Origin: a virus
Lineage: Duplodnaviria; Caudoviricetes
Direction: 5' to 3' (one strand)
Virus record (IMG/VR): IMGVR_UViG_3300033388_003385
Coordinates: 1-57,065 of that record
Length of the DNA: 57,065 nt
Numbering within the stretch: the first letter of the stretch is position 1; each line of letters opens with the position of its first letter. Made by a program: the position numbers and the translations under genes. Of the stretch, positions 20,123-28,729 are shown piece by piece. The notes beneath the pieces were generated by a model. That model was not told the origin of the DNA, made no database searches, and was given only the letters and a program-made list of their open reading frames with translations.

Positions 20123-20437
20123 ATGCACATCCGCGTCCCAGTGAGTTTATTGAAGGATCTCAACACCATGAGTTTAGTGTGGGATATATCTGTAACCGAG
20201 ATCGTCCGGCGATCCCTGAAGGCGTACGCCCGCAACCCTGTGGTACTATCGCGCCACAAGAGAACTACCACAGTAAAGCTAACCTGGAACATCGAGACCG
20301 ACCTCAAGGCTTGGGAGATCATCGCCGTCGTAAAGCTGAATGTCGACAATCACCGCGACAAGCTCAACGGTTACTTGAAGAAGCCCCCATACAAACCCCA
20401 GCAAATCGAAGGCCTTCACTACAATGTCAAAGAATAA
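20123..20437 (+). CDS. Hypothetical protein, possible ribbon-helix-helix
   Basis: MHIRVP...ISVTEIVRRSL. Confidence 0.5.
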   Translation: MHIRVPVSLLKDLNTMSLVWDISVTEIVRRSLKAYARNPVVLSRHKRTTTVKLTWNIETDLKAWEIIAVVKLNVDNHRDKLNGYLKKPPYKPQQIEGLHYNVKE

Positions 20438-20717
20438 AGACGAAGGCTTTGCATGTGGTTCGCTCGGCTGCACGTCCCATGGTTCGCTCGGCTGCACGTC
20501 CCAGGGATGTGATTACTGCAAGGAGTGTTCTCACGCACACTTCTTTGGGCATGGCTTAGACAAGCAAGGCACGCCGTACTACTGGACGTTCAGCCTGATG
20601 TTCGGGCCACTATTCACAGACTCGAAATACATTGACATTGTAATTCAACCTGACCCGCCGTCTCCACACTGGGAAGCTTTCGAAGAATGGCACAAAAAAA
20701 GGAAGAATGATAAATGA
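20424..20717 (+). CDS. Hypothetical Cys-containing protein (97 aa)
   Basis: Coupled ORF containing a 24-bp tandem duplication. Confidence 0.55.
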   Translation: MSKNKDEGFACGSLGCTSHGSLGCTSQGCDYCKECSHAHFFGHGLDKQGTPYYWTFSLMFGPLFTDSKYIDIVIQPDPPSPHWEAFEEWHKKRKNDK

Positions 20718-21163
20718 GTGACCAATGCAGACATTGCACAAACACAGGCGATAGCGATGCATGCGGCTCCGTTAAGTGTCATATTCACGATAGCTGGTAT
20801 GTAAAGCAGCTCAAGGAAGACTTGGCAGAGAAACAGAGTCTACTTGACCTACAGCACAAGCGCACATTGATAGCAGACGAACTATGGAAAAAAGAGACCG
20901 GCAAGGATTGTTTCCCGGATCTCGGCGACTTGATCGACTGGTTGATGGAAAAAGCCAACCTCAACAACGAGCCATTGGCCGACGGCGAGGAATGCACAGC
21001 ATGCGGTTACCGTAGGAGCAAGAAAAATCTTACCCTCGAACAAAGGGCGGAGATACGCAAATTGCGAGCATCAGGCGCAATGGTTAAGGACTTAGCATCT
21101 CAATTCAATAAAGACACGTCAACAATCTGGCGCGTAGTAAATGAACAGCCAGTAGAGGAATAG
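20714..21163 (+). CDS. Hypothetical protein with C-terminal HTH
   Basis: LTLEQRAEIRKL..KDLASQFNKDTSTIWRVV. Confidence 0.65.
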   Translation: MSDQCRHCTNTGDSDACGSVKCHIHDSWYVKQLKEDLAEKQSLLDLQHKRTLIADELWKKETGKDCFPDLGDLIDWLMEKANLNNEPLADGEECTACGYRRSKKNLTLEQRAEIRKLRASGAMVKDLASQFNKDTSTIWRVVNEQPVEE

Positions 21164-21176
21164 AGGAAAGGCCCCC

Positions 21177-21461
21177 ATGGTAAAACGCAGCAAAGACGAG
21201 CTATCCAAAGTATTCGCCGACTACCTCAAGTACTCAACAACCAAAGAAGAGGATTTATGTTTATTGGAGAAATTGGAACCTTTAAGTCGCGACACACTAG
21301 TGTTGATGTTGATTGATGTTTTCCGGTCAATGAAGAAGATAAGAAAATCTGCGGAAAAGATTATGTGCAACTGCGACACAGACAGTAGCATCCTGTATGT
21401 ATCTACGTCTCCCATCCCCGATACTTTCCGTAGTAAGGCGGACACTCCGGATCAATCTTAG
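21177..21461 (+). CDS. Hypothetical protein (94 aa)
   Basis: GAGG/AAGG RBS; last gene of the plus-strand block. Confidence 0.55.
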   Translation: MVKRSKDELSKVFADYLKYSTTKEEDLCLLEKLEPLSRDTLVLMLIDVFRSMKKIRKSAEKIMCNCDTDSSILYVSTSPIPDTFRSKADTPDQS

Positions 21462-21579
21462 CGCGCCGTCGTTCCACCCGGTTCTTGTAGCTCTTGAGGA
21501 ACTTATGCGCCCTGGCCTTACGCGAAGACGCCCCAACTTTAGAAGATCCGTCCGCCTGTTCACACATCGCCTTGCTCAT
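21403..21579 (-). CDS. Small basic protein (58 aa), not in ORF track
   Basis: ATGA overlap with upstream stop; MSKAMCEQ...KNRVERRRAKIDPECPPYYGKYRGWET*. Confidence 0.55.
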   Translation of the reverse strand: MSKAMCEQADGSSKVGASSRKARAHKFLKSYKNRVERRRAKIDPECPPYYGKYRGWET

Positions 21580-21800
21580 CGTCCAAATCCCTTGAAAAAG
21601 TCATCGAAAGTATTTGGCGTTGCTTGCTCGCTGAAACGCGCCCACTCCTTGCCAGACTTCACGGCCTTACCGTAACCCTCGGAGTGTCCAGCGTCATACG
21701 CCTGTTTGAGCATATTACGGAACTGCGCCGGGTTCATGCGCACGTCGGACGTAATCGCGCGCTTAACATTGAGTTTGTACCACCATGAATCGAATAACAT
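21576..21800 (-). CDS. Hypothetical protein (74 aa)
   Basis: GAGG RBS. Confidence 0.65.
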   Translation of the reverse strand: MLFDSWWYKLNVKRAITSDVRMNPAQFRNMLKQAYDAGHSEGYGKAVKSGKEWARFSEQATPNTFDDFFKGFGR

Positions 21801-21807
21801 ATAGACC

Positions 21808-22017
21808 TCATTTAATTAGACATTCACACATATCGCGCATTTCCTGTACAACAGATTCCACCCGGTCTATTTCTTCCTGGGTTTGATGTCCATCTGTACC
21901 TGCATAAATGTCGGGTACCATTTGGTCCAGTTTGATTTGTTCTTCGTTTGCAGCCGCGCAAAGTTCGTCTAAACACTCTCGAATTCGATTTGCCAGTTGT
22001 TTGACTTGCTGTTTCAT
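21808..22017 (-). CDS. Hypothetical protein (69 aa)
   Basis: AGGAG RBS. Confidence 0.65.
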   Translation of the reverse strand: MKQQVKQLANRIRECLDELCAAANEEQIKLDQMVPDIYAGTDGHQTQEEIDRVESVVQEMRDMCECLIK

Positions 22018-22030
22018 GGTCGTCTCCTAT

Positions 22031-22606
22031 TTAGCCTATTATTAGACGTTTACGAGCTGACGCGATATGCCCCTGGAACTTACCCTGAGCCGTCTTAACA
22101 TTATCCGCTACATCGTCAGACCATTCCTGATTCTTCTGCGCCTCAAACGAACCGATTAGCGACTTCACCAAGCCGCGGTTGAATAACACAGTATAAACGC
22201 CCGCACATAACAATACCAGCCCGCCAATACCTACAATTGCCCCGGCAATCCACAGGTATTTATAGGCCGCATACGACCCAAAGAAGACGCCCAGGCCAGT
22301 AACGCACGCCGTCAGGCCGGTCTTAACGTTGCCCACGCCAACAGCAATGGCCAGGCCGATCACGAACCCAACGCCGCCGAGAACCATCCCAGCGGATAGC
22401 ACACGCTCAGCCCAGATATCCGCCTTCTCAACCCCTTGCACAGTGCGACCGGTTGCAGAGAGCAATGGGTCAACCTCAGAAGGAGGTTTCGGCCATAGCT
22501 TGAATCCCGCTCCCGCGCCAGTGCATCCCGCTATACACGTCGCCAGTATCATGCTAATCACAAATATGCTAAATAACCTAATCATCACAACCACCTTCAG
22601 ACTCAC
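22031..22606 (-). CDS. Membrane lipoprotein-like protein with several TM helices (possible lysis protein)
   Basis: Signal with IAGC lipobox-like motif and about 3 TM segments. Confidence 0.6.
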   Translation of the reverse strand: MSLKVVVMIRLFSIFVISMILATCIAGCTGAGAGFKLWPKPPSEVDPLLSATGRTVQGVEKADIWAERVLSAGMVLGGVGFVIGLAIAVGVGNVKTGLTACVTGLGVFFGSYAAYKYLWIAGAIVGIGGLVLLCAGVYTVLFNRGLVKSLIGSFEAQKNQEWSDDVADNVKTAQGKFQGHIASARKRLIIG

Positions 22607-22829
22607 GGGTTAGAACTTCATGCAGAGAGAGATGTTCCTCACAAAGATGCTCAAGGTATAAAATCCGCACAAGTGCAAGATTTGCCAACGCCTCCTCTGG
22701 CGACGGCCCATCAGCAATACATCCAGGTAGATCAGGATTACGCGCAACCCAATACGCTTTATCGTCTGATTCACGCTCATATTCGATAGTGATAGTCAAC
22801 GTCTCAGGATCGCACATATTACACCTCAT
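22578..22829 (-). CDS. hicB: HicB-family antitoxin-like protein
   Basis: YWVARNPDLPGCIADGPSPEEALANL matches the HicB N-terminal pattern. Confidence 0.75.
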   Translation of the reverse strand: MRCNMCDPETLTITIEYERESDDKAYWVARNPDLPGCIADGPSPEEALANLALVRILYLEHLCEEHLSLHEVLTRESEGGCDD

Positions 22830-24301
22830 GTTACACTCGCCCAGGTACTGGATTGCGGTATCGTTTTGACCTCACGCCCGAGCGCTGTTGGTGATGACGA
22901 ACCCTGGCAGAGATATTGCAGCGCATCATGCGGATGGCTGAACTTGTTCTTGTTTGCAACCTCACGGTGTTTCGCTTCGCCCGACACCTGGATACGGCTG
23001 AAATGATAACCCCCGATGAATCCTTTCCGTAGCATCGAACAGCTCGGATCAAGCAGGAACGCCGGTTGACCGTCTGTTACGCGCGTCAAGTAATTGATTA
23101 CAGCGTCACGTCGTTTGAGGAAATCATTTGTGTGCGTGCCTACTGTGGGAATGCCCAGGTTTGCCAACTCCTGAAAACACGTTACCTCATCAACTTGTGA
23201 CGATTGCCCACCCGCAGGATCGCCAAACGAAATCAGCTTGGCCTGGGGGAATGTTGAGCGCAAAGAAGGAATCACCACATCAGTTGCGAACTGCCGAATA
23301 CCGCCCCGCGTGCATACATACTCACGCAGGATACGCAACTGCCCGCGTGGCGAGAGCTGCCCCACGATACACGCCGGAGTCAGGCCGAAATCCCAGCCCA
23401 GGAACAGCGGGAGACCTTTATACCAACCCAACGGTTGCGGCGATGCATGGAACTGGTCGCGATAAACTTGGTCAAACACCGGTTTACCGTCAAAAATCGT
23501 CCCATACTCACCACAACAATGGACCTGCACCCATTCAGGATCGGCCCCGGAGGCCATCTTGCTATAATACGCGTAACCCTCTTGCAGATTATTGATATTC
23601 TCAGCGAGTTGATTAGCGCGGTAACCCGTCACCCGGCCCGTTACATCAGTCTCAGGGATGAGTGCACCGGGTTGACGATAAAAATCCCAGCCTTCGGGTT
23701 GTGTCTGCTCGGCCAATCGATACCACCACGAGTCATCATCAGGCGGATTTGTGTCCATGATCAGCCCGCTCCAGGTCAGCGGCGCAACAGATGGCGGCGG
23801 ATACCGACCTAATCGACCTTTGACGGCAGTAATGATAGCGTAATCCAATTCACGCGCCTCATTGATCCACGCCCCGGTCAACTCCATCGAGAGCACTTTA
23901 CGGACCTGTGCAGGCCGATCAATCGAAAGGAAATAGACCTCCATATCTGCCGTCGTCCCGTCAGGCAATGGCACGACCATGCGCGCCTCAATAGGTGCAC
24001 TCCATTTAATCGGGCAAATCGTCTGCGGAATCCACGCTTCCCAGGTCTTAATTGTCGTTGACTTGAGCTCGGGATAGGTATTACGCACAATCGCCCAACG
24101 CGTACGCCTCACCCCGTTCACGTCTGGAGCTTGCCGGAGCGACCGCTGCAGAACCTCAACACACATCGCAACTGATTTACCGCTCGCAAAAGGCCCCATA
24201 ACCCCACGCATCGGCGCATCACTCGCATGGAACCTCGCCAGCGTCGGATGCGCGTCGTATTTGATCTGGGTGATCGCAGCGTTGTTAATCGGTGTGTTCA
24301 T
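22826..24301 (-). CDS. terL: Terminase large subunit
   Basis: Walker A GPFASGKS, WINEARE Walker B, MDTNPP, GWDFGLTPA, SHPHDALQY nuclease motifs; start 24301 or 24325. Confidence 0.93.
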   Translation of the reverse strand: MNTPINNAAITQIKYDAHPTLARFHASDAPMRGVMGPFASGKSVAMCVEVLQRSLRQAPDVNGVRRTRWAIVRNTYPELKSTTIKTWEAWIPQTICPIKWSAPIEARMVVPLPDGTTADMEVYFLSIDRPAQVRKVLSMELTGAWINEARELDYAIITAVKGRLGRYPPPSVAPLTWSGLIMDTNPPDDDSWWYRLAEQTQPEGWDFYRQPGALIPETDVTGRVTGYRANQLAENINNLQEGYAYYSKMASGADPEWVQVHCCGEYGTIFDGKPVFDQVYRDQFHASPQPLGWYKGLPLFLGWDFGLTPACIVGQLSPRGQLRILREYVCTRGGIRQFATDVVIPSLRSTFPQAKLISFGDPAGGQSSQVDEVTCFQELANLGIPTVGTHTNDFLKRRDAVINYLTRVTDGQPAFLLDPSCSMLRKGFIGGYHFSRIQVSGEAKHREVANKNKFSHPHDALQYLCQGSSSPTALGREVKTIPQSSTWASVT

Positions 24302-24387
24302 AGAAAGATAAAGGCGGCTCCACATTGGAACCGCCCCGGTAGTGTCAAATTTTACATTGTGCGGGGAATAGGGGGGTGTTCAACGGG

Positions 24388-24681
24388 TTATTGCCCCTCT
24401 TTGATGCTCAGCGTAATAAGAGCGCCGCCTGACGCCTGGTAGACGTAGACGTTTTGGGTTGATCGCGTATCCCCGGCCTCTGTGTATGTTGCCCCATTAG
24501 CGAGTGCGAAGCCTTGAGTTGCTAACGTCGGGATCGTGTCGGACGTTTCAACCCGGAAAGCGGCCCCGGTTTCATTGACCAGCATGAGAAACCGGCGTTC
24601 GACGCCTGGTAGTGTATTAACCTGCGTCCAGGTCGTATCCGGAATACTGGTATGTGTAGTGTCGAGAGGTGAATAACTCAT
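24388..24681 (-). CDS. Hypothetical protein (97 aa)
   Basis: Coupled ORF in late operon. Confidence 0.65.
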   Translation of the reverse strand: MSYSPLDTTHTSIPDTTWTQVNTLPGVERRFLMLVNETGAAFRVETSDTIPTLATQGFALANGATYTEAGDTRSTQNVYVYQASGGALITLSIKEGQ

Positions 24682-25370
24682 GATATACGTCTCCGTCGTC
24701 GTGTGTATTTCTTTAAATCTTGTTCAGCTATTTCAAGGCTCTCAGGGTCGAGCTTGAGCCCAAGCGAATATGCCAGTAAATGTTTGAGCGACCCCTTATT
24801 GACGTCGCGCGCTATTGTCCAGTCAATGCTCTTGATCGGCGTTTGAGCCGCCCAGGTGTGCTCATATGGATTGATGATCTCTGTGACCCCGGCGCGCTGT
24901 GCATGCATAATGGCCGACTGTACGAAATTGAGCTGATCCTCATATTCCGTATCTCTCAGCCGGACGCCACGCAGCTCAATACGCTCAAACCCCTGATATG
25001 CTGCTAAACAGATCGCGAGGGAGATAGAACACCCGATTGCCGACCTTGGGAACTTATTCCATAGCTCCAGCGGGATTAACTCCTGACCATCCGGATTAAC
25101 GCCCTCGATCAATTCGACCACGCTTATCTTGCCGCCGCTGGCGATCAACTCATTGTATTTCGCGCGCCAATCACCAGGGAACCGGCTATCGTCACCCTCG
25201 TTGATATGAGGTGCAAAATGAGGGTTAAAAAGCCTGTCCGGCATCATCCAGGGGTAGCAGCGATACCAATCGTTTACTGTCCATACCTGCGCGCCCCCAG
25301 CGCTCAAATCAGCTTGGTCATAGCCGCTGAGATCCTGACGAAACAAACCACAGATATGGACAGTACGCAT
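24678..25370 (-). CDS. Hypothetical protein, possible DUF115/glycosyltransferase-like fold
   Basis: VWTVND ... SISLAICLAAYQGFERIELRGV..EY pattern; ATG at 25370 preferred. Confidence 0.55.
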   Translation of the reverse strand: MRTVHICGLFRQDLSGYDQADLSAGGAQVWTVNDWYRCYPWMMPDRLFNPHFAPHINEGDDSRFPGDWRAKYNELIASGGKISVVELIEGVNPDGQELIPLELWNKFPRSAIGCSISLAICLAAYQGFERIELRGVRLRDTEYEDQLNFVQSAIMHAQRAGVTEIINPYEHTWAAQTPIKSIDWTIARDVNKGSLKHLLAYSLGLKLDPESLEIAEQDLKKYTRRRRRIS

Positions 25371-25380
25371 ACGCTTTTGC

Positions 25381-25694
25381 CTATGTAGTAGCGTCGAACG
25401 TAATTGCACCGGAAGTCTGCAAATTACCGTCCGGCATTACAAGATTGAGGTAGAATGTATCTGCACCCGATCCGGGCCGGTCGCCTCTGGTACTTGACCA
25501 GCCGAATCACTGGAAAGATACCATTTAGTTGCCAACGCCCGCGTAACGTCCCGGCCATACGTGCCACCGGTGAGCTGGATAACGACATTGATTACGTTTG
25601 CGGCTTCCGTGCCAACCGTAAAAGTTGCGACGGTGGTGATCAACTGTTCAATCTTTGCGCCTGCGCCGAATGCTACATTTTCGCGCCATGCCAT
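25381..25694 (-). pseudogene. Frameshifted virion-type gene
   Basis: ATG 25694 with AGAGGT RBS; frame reads to ..ATGPD, then the -1 frame gives SGADTFYLNLVMPDGNLQTSGAITFDATT* ending 10 nt before next ATG. Confidence 0.55.
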
Positions 25695-25710
25695 GATATA
25701 CCTCTGAGGA

Positions 25711-26274
25711 TTACCTCGGAGCCTGATTAGGCCCGGAGTTGTTTGCTTGACCACTACCTAAAAAATTGTTTTGTTGCCCGCCTAAATTGAGTTCAAACTG
25801 CACTTGCTCGACCTTCAGCTTGTCCGGTGCATCCCAGTCCAGGATTTTAGCTACCCGCTCAATCGCCCGAATAGGATCATGCGTTGTTGCCTTGATTGAG
25901 TCGCCATGCATCACATAAGACGCCAGCGCTGGACCCAGCTTTTTCACCTGCTCAGCATCTATCTTGCCGTCTTCGCCAACGATAGTCGACACATCAACAC
26001 GCGCAATCCGAGTGAGGATTCGCAGCGCCTCAACTTGCGTCAATAGCGCCTCATCCTCCATCTTCTGCCGTAATTGCGTGATCCTTAGCCGAATCTTAGC
26101 GTCCGCCAAGAGTTTCGACGCATTCACATACACCGAATTATCCTTCCACTTCACCGATCTAGGGTAAGCTACTCGGTATGCATCCGCCGCAGATCCACAA
26201 CTATCGCCAAGATAAGCCCTTGCGAAGGCCTCTTGTTGCTCGGTTAGGTTATGCTCGTTAAGTGCTCGTCTCAT
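25711..26274 (-). CDS. terS: Terminase small subunit
   Basis: LTEQQEAFARAYL..AADAYRVAY..NASKLL pattern; upstream of terL. Confidence 0.85.
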   Translation of the reverse strand: MRRALNEHNLTEQQEAFARAYLGDSCGSAADAYRVAYPRSVKWKDNSVYVNASKLLADAKIRLRITQLRQKMEDEALLTQVEALRILTRIARVDVSTIVGEDGKIDAEQVKKLGPALASYVMHGDSIKATTHDPIRAIERVAKILDWDAPDKLKVEQVQFELNLGGQQNNFLGSGQANNSGPNQAPR

Positions 26275-26320
26275 TTCGCGTACATACAATGCTCATTATG
26301 GGTGTACATCATGTGCATCT

Positions 26321-26349
26321 ATTGTACACACAACCGCCAATTAAAGCAA
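26321..26349 (-). promoter_or_regulatory. Sigma70-type promoter for terminase operon
   Basis: TTGCTT-17 bp-TACAAT on minus strand. Confidence 0.6.
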
Positions 26350-26389
26350 ACGACTCGATAACTCCCTAAGTATATTCCATCTACCCCTA

Positions 26390-26418
26390 TTGAATACTGT
26401 ACGGTCCTGCCGTATATT
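26390..26418 (+). promoter_or_regulatory. Divergent sigma70-type promoter for early genes
   Basis: TTGAAT-17 bp-TATATT. Confidence 0.55.
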
Positions 26419-26479
26419 TTAATTGAGCGGCACAACGCTGTTCACACCGAAAAAAAGAAGCAACTCAGGAGAGCGTCAC

Positions 26480-26638
26480 ATGGCACTCACGCAAGCCCCG
26501 AATCAGGTTGATCAGATTACCAAGGAGATCGCCAGCACCCGCAGGAAGTACTCCGACACTAGACTGGCGTACATGCGTTTACGCGTGCGTTACTTACGCA
26601 GTGTCCGCGACCGCCTCATAATTAATGGACGGGGATGA
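26480..26638 (+). CDS. Small basic hypothetical protein
   Basis: AGGAG RBS before ATG 26480. Confidence 0.55.
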   Translation: MALTQAPNQVDQITKEIASTRRKYSDTRLAYMRLRVRYLRSVRDRLIINGRG

Positions 26639-26821
26639 TATGCATGTCCGCTCCACACACGCTTGTCTACTCATTAGCTGGCTCACGCTGCAAAACGCAC
26701 GAAAAACATTACCCCAGCCGCGACGAGGCTATATCCTTTCTCCTCGACATTTACGAAACTGAGCACGTCACGTCGTTCGTCATCGTCCCAACAACACCGA
26801 AGAAACAGAAGGAACACCGAA

Positions 26822-27091
26822 ATGAACAACACCGTCCCCCTCGAACAAGAGTACGCCGAAGCGATTGAATCCCTAATGGAAGATATCAAAGACGCTATCA
26901 CTCTCAGTATCACTCACGACGAGATTGTGCATGTTAATGTCGATGGTTCCACCCTTGACCTAACTGATTCTTACCGCATTATTTTTCTTTTGGCAGACGA
27001 GTGTGACTCTGCGCGCGAAAATGCTCGACTGGAAGATGTATGGGGCTCAAAAGCCGGTGAAGATTTCCGTTTGAAATTCCATGTAGTCTAA
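26822..27091 (+). CDS. Hypothetical acidic protein (89 aa)
   Basis: AAGGA RBS. Confidence 0.65.
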   Translation: MNNTVPLEQEYAEAIESLMEDIKDAITLSITHDEIVHVNVDGSTLDLTDSYRIIFLLADECDSARENARLEDVWGSKAGEDFRLKFHVV

Positions 27092-27092
27092 A

Positions 27093-27152
27093 GCCGAAAC
27101 GGCCTACGGGCCGTCCGTCGGGATTGATCGCCCGGCGCTGACGAGGCAGATC
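27093..27152 (+). ncRNA. Type II hammerhead ribozyme
   Basis: GCC-GAAA-CGGCC-TACG-GGCCG-TC^-CGTCGGG-loop-CCCGGCG-CTGACGA-GGC: full core (CUGANGA, GAAA, GUC) with three stems. Confidence 0.9.
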
Positions 27153-27177
27153 CTCAACCCCAGAGATAGGAGCTCTC

Positions 27178-27459
27178 ATGTACACCCTAACCACCTACGC
27201 ATCCTACGCGGAGAATGAATCAGATGCCCAGGTCGCTGCCGAATACCTCGCGCAAGTTGCCAAGGAAATAGGCATGACCGCAGGTAAACGCCACCCGGAG
27301 ATAACCGACGATACACACGATATCTACGTCCTCGAAAACGGTAAGCCTGACATAATCGAGTTCGAAGCAATCGCTATCCAGTTTTTCGTTGCCGGGAAAA
27401 CACCCAAAGAAGCCGCCACCTGCATTATGCAAACCTATGGAGTTGACCCTAATGACTGA
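27178..27459 (+). CDS. Hypothetical protein (93 aa)
   Basis: AGGAG RBS, directly after ribozyme. Confidence 0.7.
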   Translation: MYTLTTYASYAENESDAQVAAEYLAQVAKEIGMTAGKRHPEITDDTHDIYVLENGKPDIIEFEAIAIQFFVAGKTPKEAATCIMQTYGVDPND

Positions 27460-27736
27460 ACGTAGAGGTCGCAAGAAAGGCCAGACAAACGCGCAATCGT
27501 TTCCTTCCAAACTCTACACACTCAAACCAGGTGAGAGCATGGTATTGTTTTCGAGCACCGACTACACCCAATTGCAGAGGACTTTTGAGTCTCACCGAGG
27601 CAGGGGCCGTGTCCCCGCCGACGTCACCTATAAAAAGGTGTTAGTAGTTACTCCCCTGGGAGATGAGTTGACAGTGGGGGTAATGTTTACCCGGGAGGGG
27701 GACAACATGCGAGTTTTAATTAATGACGCCAACTGA
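27452..27736 (+). CDS. Hypothetical protein, possible DNA-binding
   Basis: ATG 27452 overlapping upstream gene end; basic N-terminus. Confidence 0.55.
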   Translation: MTERRGRKKGQTNAQSFPSKLYTLKPGESMVLFSSTDYTQLQRTFESHRGRGRVPADVTYKKVLVVTPLGDELTVGVMFTREGDNMRVLINDAN

Positions 27737-27914
27737 ATTAAAATCATGGCGCCAGACCCACGAAAGCCCGAAGCGGCGAGGTAAGACGCACAAGGGTTAC
27801 TCGCAGTCACAACTGGCCGAACAGCTCGGCGTATCAGTCCGCACCGTGCAAGACTGGGAGCAAGGCCGCAACAAAATACCCAAATGGGTTGATCAATCCA
27901 TAAAACGATTGTAA
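27723..27914 (+). CDS. XRE-family HTH protein (63 aa)
   Basis: SQSQLAEQLGVSVRTVQDWEQGRNKIP. Confidence 0.85.
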   Translation: MTPTELKSWRQTHESPKRRGKTHKGYSQSQLAEQLGVSVRTVQDWEQGRNKIPKWVDQSIKRL

Positions 27915-27941
27915 GATAAAAGCATCCCATATCCCCCATTC

Positions 27942-27969
27942 GCCCGGCATCATTTAGTTGCCGGGTTTT
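27942..27969 (+). terminator. Probable intrinsic terminator
   Basis: CCCGGCA...TGCCGGG followed by TTTT. Confidence 0.6.
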
Positions 27970-28133
27970 CGTTTTTGTGCTATAGTGCTCAACCCAGAAC
28001 AATTAAATAGGAGATTGCCGCTATGGGAAAGCAACACGAGCTTTTACGAGCCTCATAAGCTTGATTTTTAAGAAAATGGCTCCCGGCCTCAGGATACGCG
28101 GTTGGGAGCCATTTTCTTTTAACGCATTAACAG

Positions 28134-28367
28134 GTGAGTAAGATGGAACTACCGAAAGACATACCGCCCTGTCCGTTCTGCGGGTCTGATGACCTGCAAT
28201 ATTCATCCGGCTGGAAACCCACCGATAGTAAATGGAGAAGTCCATCAGTTGTATGTGGAGGTTGCGGCATAGGGTTCACCACTGGAATCATGGCCTGGGG
28301 AATAACAGATGATGAAGCCTACAAAATAACATTAAAGTACTGGAGTCGTCGCCCCGATGATAAATAA
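28134..28367 (+). CDS. Lar-like restriction-alleviation zinc-finger protein
   Basis: PCPFCGS...VVCGGCG...WSRR pattern. Confidence 0.65.
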   Translation: MSKMELPKDIPPCPFCGSDDLQYSSGWKPTDSKWRSPSVVCGGCGIGFTTGIMAWGITDDEAYKITLKYWSRRPDDK

Positions 28368-28713
28368 AGAACGCCGGAAGATCGAAAAGAAATTAGCCGC
28401 ATTGCCCCCGCTGGACTGCTCGGGTTGCACCGAGTGTTGTAAGGGCGACCTGATATTCTTACTACCCCACGAGATCGGCGTGTATCTGTCAGAGACGATC
28501 ATGGGCCGTCAAGCCATCCAACATAAGCCCGGCGGCGATTGTATCTACCTATCCCCGGTGGGTTGCATGATCCACGAGCGCAAGCCAGAGAAGTGCCAAG
28601 GGCTGGACTGCCGCGCCGTCGTGATCGCCGCCGGTTTAGACGTTGCAAAAAAGCACATGTCCGAAGGAACCATAACCGCCGCCCTCGAACGATTGGAAAA
28701 CCAAATCCAATAA
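28357..28713 (+). CDS. YkgJ-like Cys-cluster protein
   Basis: CSGCTECC...CIYL...CMIHERKPEKC. Confidence 0.75.
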   Translation: MINKERRKIEKKLAALPPLDCSGCTECCKGDLIFLLPHEIGVYLSETIMGRQAIQHKPGGDCIYLSPVGCMIHERKPEKCQGLDCRAVVIAAGLDVAKKHMSEGTITAALERLENQIQ

Positions 28714-28729
28714 AAGATGAGTCAGCCCA

